NCBI GenBank assembly: GCA_002269645.1
Contig: NIVC01001537.1
Location: forward strand, 153,104-217,103
Direction of reading: 5' to 3'
DNA from: Macrostomum lignano
Taxonomy: Eukaryota
DNA: 64,000 bases
Every line of letters begins with the position of its first letter. Positions within the stretch are counted from its first letter, which is position 1. The notes beneath the pieces were generated by a model. It saw only the letters and a program-made list of their open reading frames with translations, had not been told where the DNA came from and did not search any database. Of the stretch, positions 48,801-64,000 are shown in pieces. The position numbers were made by a program, and so were the translations under genes.

Positions 48801-51800
48801 CCTTGCAATCCAGGCAATCCAGTACACCACTTTTTGCTACACGTAGCCAGCAACATATTCCATGGCTTCGATTGATGTGTCAGGAGAAGCAAACGGCTGC
48901 AAACTGCACTGAAGCCCCTCATCTGTGCGTGTCGTCGGCACGGTTTCGGCAAAAGATGCGCTTGATCCGGCTGGTAAATTTAGCGGTTGAGTAATGCATG
49001 CTGCTGTGACGCCAGCAGAGCACTGGTCGCTGGAGCAATTTCCAGTTTTTGACTCGGCTTTCATTATGCCACTCGCAGAAATCGATCGTAGGGCACCTAT
49101 AAAGGCAGGTAGCTCTGGCTTTTCATTGAACCCATTGTGGCCTCTGATGACGCTAAATAGATTCTACAATTGAAAATTTAATTTTTTAAAAAGTTGTTAT
49201 TCAATAATCTCTTAGCTACAATAATTAACATGTCTAGTGGTAAAAGGCTGTTTAACGCACCTCAACGTGATCCTGTGTTAGCCTCCTAGTGCAGATGTAT
49301 TGAAAATCGCCGTTTTGCAGCAGCGATCTGGCCAGACTTTTGATCGATGAGATAGACAGCAGCCACGCTTCCTTGAACTTCATTGTAGCCTTTTGCTTCC
49401 TTCCGCTGTGAGGTCTAAATTTCCAACTGTGTAAGAAGCTTTCAGCTGCCTCCAATTCTGTGATCTGCTCTTCAAGAATATCTCGAGAAAGGGGGCGCTT
49501 TAGACCCTTATCGAATAAGTGAGCTGAGTTAAGAATGTCAAATATGCCATTAATTCTATCTAAAAACTCTGCTGTTTGCTCTCCATCGGATTCTATTATT
49601 TTGTGATACACCGAAGTTCGGATTCCACTGGCGACTGAATGGCTGAAAATCTGCGCCGCGAGAGATACGAGTACTTTCATTTTGTTTCCAACCTGTAGGT
49701 TGAAGTGACTGTCGCTTAACCTTGGTGCCAATTTAAGCTTGTTGCGACTGTCGGCCTGATAGAAGTCCGTAACATGCTTCCATTTTGCTGTTTTGCAATC
49801 GTCGAACACAATTTCGTTCTTGAACAAAGCATTTCGCGCATTTTTCAGGCAGTGAGGGATATCAATGATGACAAAAACAGGCTCGTTTGTCACTGGGTGG
49901 TGCAGAAACGGCTTGGAAGAGCTGACCAACTTAGATAAGTAGCTCCACTGGCTTGTCTCTTGGTCTGCAACCAAAGCTACAACGATAATTCCTGCATTAT
50001 GACACGCCGTCAGACAACTTTCAATCGCGTTACGAAAACCTTCCTGTCCGAGACTGCAAGGAGTTAAATGCAATCGACTGCTTCCAGTTGTGCAAAATAC
50101 CGCGAACTACGCCTACTACCGCTTCGTCTACAACTTTTGGTGCATCCGCTTGAGCAGGATTAGTCTCAAAGCCAATTATTTTGTCCTTGTACTGGCTGTA
50201 ACGCACACATCCTGACAAGCTCATTCCATCAAAGCAAAGAGTGGCCACTCGCTCTTTCTCTGTGCAGTCTTGCAACTTTTTTCTCATCAGCTTCATGGTA
50301 ACTTCACAAACGCCTTCTTCCTGAAAAAAAAAACAATCTGATGCGCCGCTTAATTGACGTCTCTGATGGAAATGGCATCTTCCACTGATCTCGCAGAAGT
50401 CGGTACGCGGCAGGACTTTTGTGATGCACTTGAATAGCAGAGCAGATGTCTTCGACAGCCCAACGCATGCCACGGTGGCGAGACTTTGTTTGCTTCATAG
50501 AGCTCTGCACTAGACGGTGGAGGGCGCTGCTGCTGCTGCTGCTAAACTTTCCAACCTGCGAGTCTTTGATTTAGCGCCGCAGCTTATCGATCTATCGAGC
50601 AGCCGGCACAGCTTTCGTCGTAGGTTTCCAGCTACTTTGCTGGACGATGCATGCAGTCGTAGAAATGATGCAGAGCAAGACGCAGTTGTTTCTCGTGGAG
50701 CAGCGCTAGCTAAATCAACTGCCATTGAAGGAATCTGATCTGCTTCTGGAACTGCGTCTTCCACGTCAAAGTGCGACAGAACAGGTGGGTACGTATTATC
50801 AGCCGCATCGTCACTCCGAATTATTTCTAGTGGCTTCTCCCTGATTAGTCGTGGCAACACCAGCTCTCTGTCAGGAACAGCATCCCACCGTAGCCTTGTA
50901 CTTCGGTCATGGCGTAGTCTTGGGCAATTGTATGCCTAGTCTGTAAAATGCAAGCTGCATACCTTCCACTTCATTTTCCACAGCTTCTCGAGTGAAATGG
51001 CTCGTAACTCCAGCATTGATTGCCACTTCAATGCTATGGACTGATTCTTCGGAAACTGGTGCATGCGAATCGGGATGCCATCTTCGTTTACAGAGGTATA
51101 CTAGTGCTGGTACAAGTCGCCGCACAGCAATCTTCGCTTGTGTATTTCAACTCTTCGATATTTGCCAGCACTCGGTCTTCATGCGTTCTTCCTCGGGCAG
51201 CCATTTAGACAATTGTTTTTACTTGCTTAAATGAAAACGAATTTGCGCTCTAGCAAAGGAGAAAAGTCAAAATATATATACTCCTCGCTTTCGCTCTGAT
51301 ATCTAATAGCAAAGCCCTGATGAACCCCTTAGTAAGCTTGATTTCGATGCTTTAAACTTTTGTCTATGGCTTAAACCATAGCACTGACGTGGGAGAACAA
51401 AAATCGATAGTCTTGCGCGTTCATATGCCCAGAAGAGAGTAGGCTATTCAGACATCGAGCGAATTTGCATTAAGTGACCCATCTAGTGTTTTAGTATCTG
51501 TGGTCGTCTGTGAGATGCTCGCAACCTAAATCGCTTGGTGTGCATCACCCCCTGTTAGATGATGAGGCCAAAGTCACTTGGTGTGCGTCACCTCCTGTTA
51601 GATGATGAGGTCAAAGTCACTTGGTGTGCGTCACCTCCTGTTAGATGATGAGGTCAAAGTCACTTGGTGTGTGTCACCCCCTGTTAGATGAGGAGGTCAA
51701 AGTCACTTGGTGTGTGTCACCCCCTGTGAGATGATGAGGCCAAAGTCACTTGATGTGGGTCACCTCCTGTTAGATGATGAGGTCAAAGTCACTTGGTGTG

Positions 51801-52435
51801 CGTCACCTCCTGTTAGATGATGGTGACGGAGTGGCGTGAGTCACCCAAGGAATTCACAAGTTTATTTAATTTGATTACTTATTGATTCAATATATTTTAA
51901 AAGGATTTTGCCTCTTCAATGTCTACTTTGTGCTAGATAATGTACTTTACTAATCAATTTTCTATAAATTTAAAGTGTTGCATGTACTTGACCCTACATT
52001 CTCGTCACCCAATCACCCGAAGGCGGCTTCAAGGAGCTGTGCACCATCTGGACCGACTCGAACGATGCTGGCCTTCGCGACCTGAGCCGGGCGCCACTCT
52101 CCGACAAGGCCGTCTTCATCATTGTCTGCTGCAAAGTGCTCGGCAACCCGACCTCCATGGAGACCAACTGGCGCGAGTGGAGCGGTGCTGAGTTCATTCT
52201 GAACGGCCTGCCGCCGCCGCAGCGCAGCAGCCTCCGGCGCATCACCTTCTACAAGCGAGCGATGTCTCGCGGCACCTTCAGCCACGTGCTGCTTGCCGAG
52301 TTCCACCAGGGGAGCGAGTTGTACCGCCTGCGCGACTTCATCGCCTTGATGAACTCGCGGCACTGCGGCCTGGCGGGGCTGTACACCATCGAGTTGCCGT
52401 TTCATACGGACAGAGGCGACGCGGAGCAGAGCTGA
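45814..52435 (+). CDS. 284-aa DUF7153-like protein; exons 45814-45951, 47266-47446, 47757-47879, 52023-52435
   Basis: All junctions are GT-AG and phase-consistent (855 nt). Motifs GVLLRNVEE.DRFPFLSY, GGFKEL, METNWREWSGAEFI and LRRITFYKR recall the DUF7153 family. Confidence 0.78.
47892..51502 (-). mobile_element. P-superfamily DNA transposon (3611 bp), decayed, in intron 3 of the DUF7153-like gene
   Basis: Imperfect TIRs of about 31 bp (CATAGATAATAAAAACACTAGATGGGTCACT / CACAGATACTAAAACACTAGATGGGTCACT) and an exact 8-bp TSD GTCGTCTG at 47884-47891 and 51503-51510. Confidence 0.93.
48433..51204 (-). pseudogene. THAP-domain P-element (THAP9-like) transposase with multiple frameshifts and stops
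   Basis: THAP remnants CCAATC...HQFP...W...VCSLHF...AVP; HTH-like SPAAYRLLR; catalytic region CFDGM, VADQE, DIPHCLKNARN, QDHVE|NLFSVIRG; C-terminal EYVAGYV. Split over at least five frames or stops plus one intron at about 49165-49260. Confidence 0.88.
51533..51822. repeat. 43-bp minisatellite (GATGATGAGGTCAAAGTCACTTGGTGTGCGTCACCTCCTGTTA)n
   Basis: Seen directly, about 7 copies. Confidence 0.93.
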
Positions 52436-52569
52436 GGCTTCCGGCTGGAAAGGAGATCGATCCTCCAATCTGATGATTGTTCCTTTGATCCAAGTTTCCT
52501 TTTATTTTCTTCCAACGATTTAAATTTTCAAAGAACTGTGGACTCTGAATATATAAACTAAGTATTGTT

Positions 52570-53790
52570 GGCACCCCCTCTGTAGCTGGCATCTCCTCTG
52601 TAGCCCCTGCCCCCTCTGTAGCTGGCGCCCCCTCTGTAGCTGGCATCTCCTCTGTAGCTGGCATCTCCTCTGTAGCTGGCACCCCCTCTGTAGCTGGCAC
52701 CCCGTCTGTAGCTGGCACCCCCTCTGTAGCTGGCATCTCCTCTGTAGCTGGCATCTCCTCTGTAGCTGGCATCTCCTCTGTAGCTGGCACCCCCTCTGTA
52801 GCTGGCACCCCGTCTGTAGCTGGCACCCCCTCTGTAGCTGGTATCTCCTCTGTAGCTGGCATCTCCTCTGTAGCTGGCATCTCCTCTGTAGCTGGCACCC
52901 CCTCTGTAGCTGGCATCTCCTCTGTAGCTAGCATCTCCTCTGTAGCTGGCACCCCCTCTGTAGCTGGCACCCCGTCTGTAGCTGGCACCCCCTCTGTAGC
53001 TGGCATCTCCTCTGTAGCTGGCATCTCCTCTGTAGCTGGCATCTCCTCTGTAGCTGGCTTACCCTCTGTAGCTGGCACCCCCTCTGTAGCTGGTGCCCCC
53101 TCTGTAGCTGGCACCCCCCTCTGTAGCCCTTGCCTCCTCTGTAGCTGGCATCCCCTTTGTAGCTGGCACCCCCTCTGTAGCTGGTGCCTCCTCTGTAGCT
53201 GGCACCCACTCTGTAGCTGGCATCCCCTTTGTAGCTGGCACCCCCTCTGTAGCTGGCACCCCCTCTGTAGCTGGCACCTCCCTCTGTAGCCCCTGCCCCC
53301 TCTGTAGCTGGCGCCCCCTCTGTAGCTGGCATCTCCTCTGTAGCTGACACCCCCTCTGTAGCTGGCATCCCCTCTGTAGCTGGCACCCCCTCTGTAGCTG
53401 GCACCCCCTCTGTAGCCCCTGCCCCCTCTGTAGCTGGCGCCCCCTCTGTAGCTGGCATCCCCTCTGTAGCTGGCACCCCCCTCTGCAGCTGGCATCTCCT
53501 CTGTAGCTGGCATCTCCTCTGTAGCTGGCACCCCCTCTGTAGCCCTTGCCTCCTCTGTAGCTGGCATCCCCTTTGTAGCTGGCACCCCCTCTGTAGCTGG
53601 CACCCCCTCTGTAGCTGGTGCCTCCTCTGTAGCTGGCACCCACTCTGTAGCTGGCATCCCCTTTGTAGCTGGCACCCCCTCTGTAGCTGGCACCCCCTCT
53701 GTAGCTGGCACCCCCTCTGTAGCTGGTGCCTCCTCTGTAGCTGGCATCCCTCTGCAGCTGGCACCCCTCTGTTTCTTGGGGCCCTCTGTA
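52570..53790. repeat. 18-19-bp minisatellite (CTCTGTAGCTGGCACCCC)n
   Basis: Seen directly. Confidence 0.96.
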
Positions 53791-54292
53791 GCCCTTTCTG
53801 ACAGATCGAAAGCAAAATATCGTCCTGTGAATTTACTTCATTCGATTTGTCTTTAAGTTTCTTAGCCCTTCTCTTGTCTATCAACTGTCCCGTTAAAGCT
53901 GATTTAATTTGTTAATTTTTTAAATAATCATTAATTCCAAGTTGGCCTCTACTCTACTCATTAAGTAGTATCAAATGATTCAGCTTGCTACATCGCAAAA
54001 AGAAACATTTCCTACTAACTTAAAACAACGTCGCGTTTATGTCTATTATCTGATAATCCTATAATGTACAAAACAAATGTAACCCGTAATCGAAGCCAGC
54101 TATTGCAAATCATGCCCGTGCATGTTGGAAGTAGTATATGTGCAGTATACGTACAATATTTAAAGCTCGCGTAAACTCGTGGCTCTTGAAACATTTGCTC
54201 AATGCGGTTTCATATGCTAAGCAATATCCTGGCACTGCGATACGGCGCCTTTTAACCTGTACATATTTTCTGTGTTTTGCTTCCCAAAGCAG

Positions 54293-54872
<580 letters not shown>

Positions 54873-55273
54873 GTTATGCATCTATTTTTTACGGAATGTC
54901 TAATTCTATTGCCAGTACCTTTCATTGTAATTCCAATGATTTTTTGTTTCTTTGCAAATATACGAGTCTGATTTTTTGGACATAGGAGCCTAAAAGACTT
55001 CGAAAAAGAGATTATGCTTTCGAGGCTCGGTAAGGCAAGAACCATACTTGCATAGTCTACGTATGAATAATAACAAGCCAGTCAATAAAATGTTCTTCTA
55101 CACAGTTTGGTCAAAGCAGTCGCCAAACACAGTTTGCCCATAGACAATTCCCAACGCATGACAGAGTTCGACAATGACTAAGCATAGCAGTTTGGGTGTG
55201 GAAAGCAAGCAATAACAAAATCATAAATTCTTCTGCTTGATTGCTGAACAAGAAGCCCAAGCCGACACCAAAC

Positions 55274-62698
<7,425 letters not shown>

Positions 62699-64000
62699 GT
62701 GAGTAATGTTGTATACAAAACTTGATTGATCTCCCATTCGAATAATGCACATTTACCAGCTTTAGCGGGCTCGCTTAAATTTTCAATTATTTTGTATCAG
62801 TTTGAAATCAATTCACGTGCACCCCTCATGTACATTCTGCACTTAGGGCGGCGGGATCGGCTGCGCTCTATGGATTTTCCTTTTCGACTAGTCATCCAGC
62901 TGCCACCTTCATCAACTGTGCGGCGGGCCAAACAGACAGTCGATTTCAAATCTTTAAATATTTCTTTGACTGACATAAAACTAAATCAGAAACCAGCTGT
63001 CTAAATTTATTTAATATGTTTTGCATCGAAATCATTTTGGTACTTTTTTAAGTTCATTGAAACTTTTTCTACCCTTTTTTCTAAAACATGGATTTGAGAA
63101 CCTTGGCGTGAAAAAGGACATAAAAACCGTGTTGCCAGCAGGTTTTTTTTATAAAAAAAATGCAAATCTTTTGATTTACCGCCAAACGTATTAAACAAAG
63201 CACTTTTTCGCTTCATTATTTTAACAATTTAGCTTGTACTGAGTGCTTGATCGAGTGCTTTGACGCAGAACACAGAAACAGAAGCATTTTTAACTCATTT
63301 TTAAATAAACACAGAGAAAATGAGTCTCAAAAGTAAATGAAAATGGAAAAAGAGCATAAAAAGTCGTAGATTAGGAATCACGAACGAAATTTAAATTTTT
63401 GACTCGTGTGCTCAGCTCCGGCTTTGTTGCTCAGCATAACACGAGATCGAGACACAAAATTCAAAAGGACTATATTACAACTATAGCTAGACAATGTGTA
63501 TTCTAGTCGTCCTTTGACAAAATCTTAATACACGGGCGACCGGAATTCGCGCTAACTTAATACAAAAACAGTACAGTAAATTGAAAAAGAGGAAGAGATA
63601 CATGAAGGAAAAGTATATGAAAAAGGGGTAGAAAATTTCAAAATTATGTCGGCCGCCAAGCACCATACGTACATGTACAGTAGATTCTATGAAGTTCTTT
63701 TAGTATGTGTTGCAGATCGAGTTTGTAACTATTACATGTCGACCTTATGTATACCTTAATTAATTATGTAATCACTTACTTCGATTTTTCAAGTGTAGAT
63801 CAGCTAGGAAGTACGAGTAACATTTGCAAATCACTACAATGTAACTTGAAGAACGTACTTTTGACCGTGGAAATGACGACAAAACTGGTGTATATAAACT
63901 GGAATTATACAATTAGCATAAAGCATAATACATACACGAGCACAAAATTGCAAATATAGTTCGCATGTTTCTATTATGCGATTTTTTGTTTTCTAATCCG

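Noticed and set aside
52338-53884. Mucin or antifreeze-like PATEE repeat protein on the minus strand
   Set aside because: An 18-19-bp minisatellite with frequent frame-shifting length variants, and no signal peptide or splice support.
63716-63763. Candidate last tetraspanin exon (IEFVTITC...)
   Set aside because: The acceptor is plausible, but the hydrophobic stretch is too short to complete TM4 with confidence.

Overview
Eukaryotic (animal) genomic DNA: GC-rich exons, spliceosomal introns, and nearly every intron or intergenic gap filled with GACA/GATA microsatellites or 12-55 bp minisatellites. The style suggests a flatworm such as Macrostomum, which is inference only. I hand-spliced seven host genes: an Ig-superfamily protein (minus, partial model); a secreted acetylcholine-binding-protein-like Cys-loop ligand-binding domain with no transmembrane region; a tandem DUF1330-like protein; a small orphan membrane protein; a SYCP1-like coiled-coil protein with a roughly 590-aa repeat-rich N-terminal extension; a DUF7153-like protein; and a tetraspanin with an oversized large loop. 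There are three transposons with resolvable ends. The first is a tandem three-LTR Mag-type Ty3/gypsy element whose single intact ORF encodes Gag-protease-integrase with RT/RNase H deleted in frame (5-bp TSD). The second is a CsRn1-type gypsy element with identical LTRs but a disrupted ORF. The third is a decayed P-superfamily DNA transposon with about 31-bp TIRs and an exact 8-bp TSD, 12 nt inside an intron. The most notable items are the RT-less Gag-PR-IN element, the soluble AChBP-like gene and the extended SYCP1-like protein. Family assignments rest on motif recognition from memory; no database search was run.
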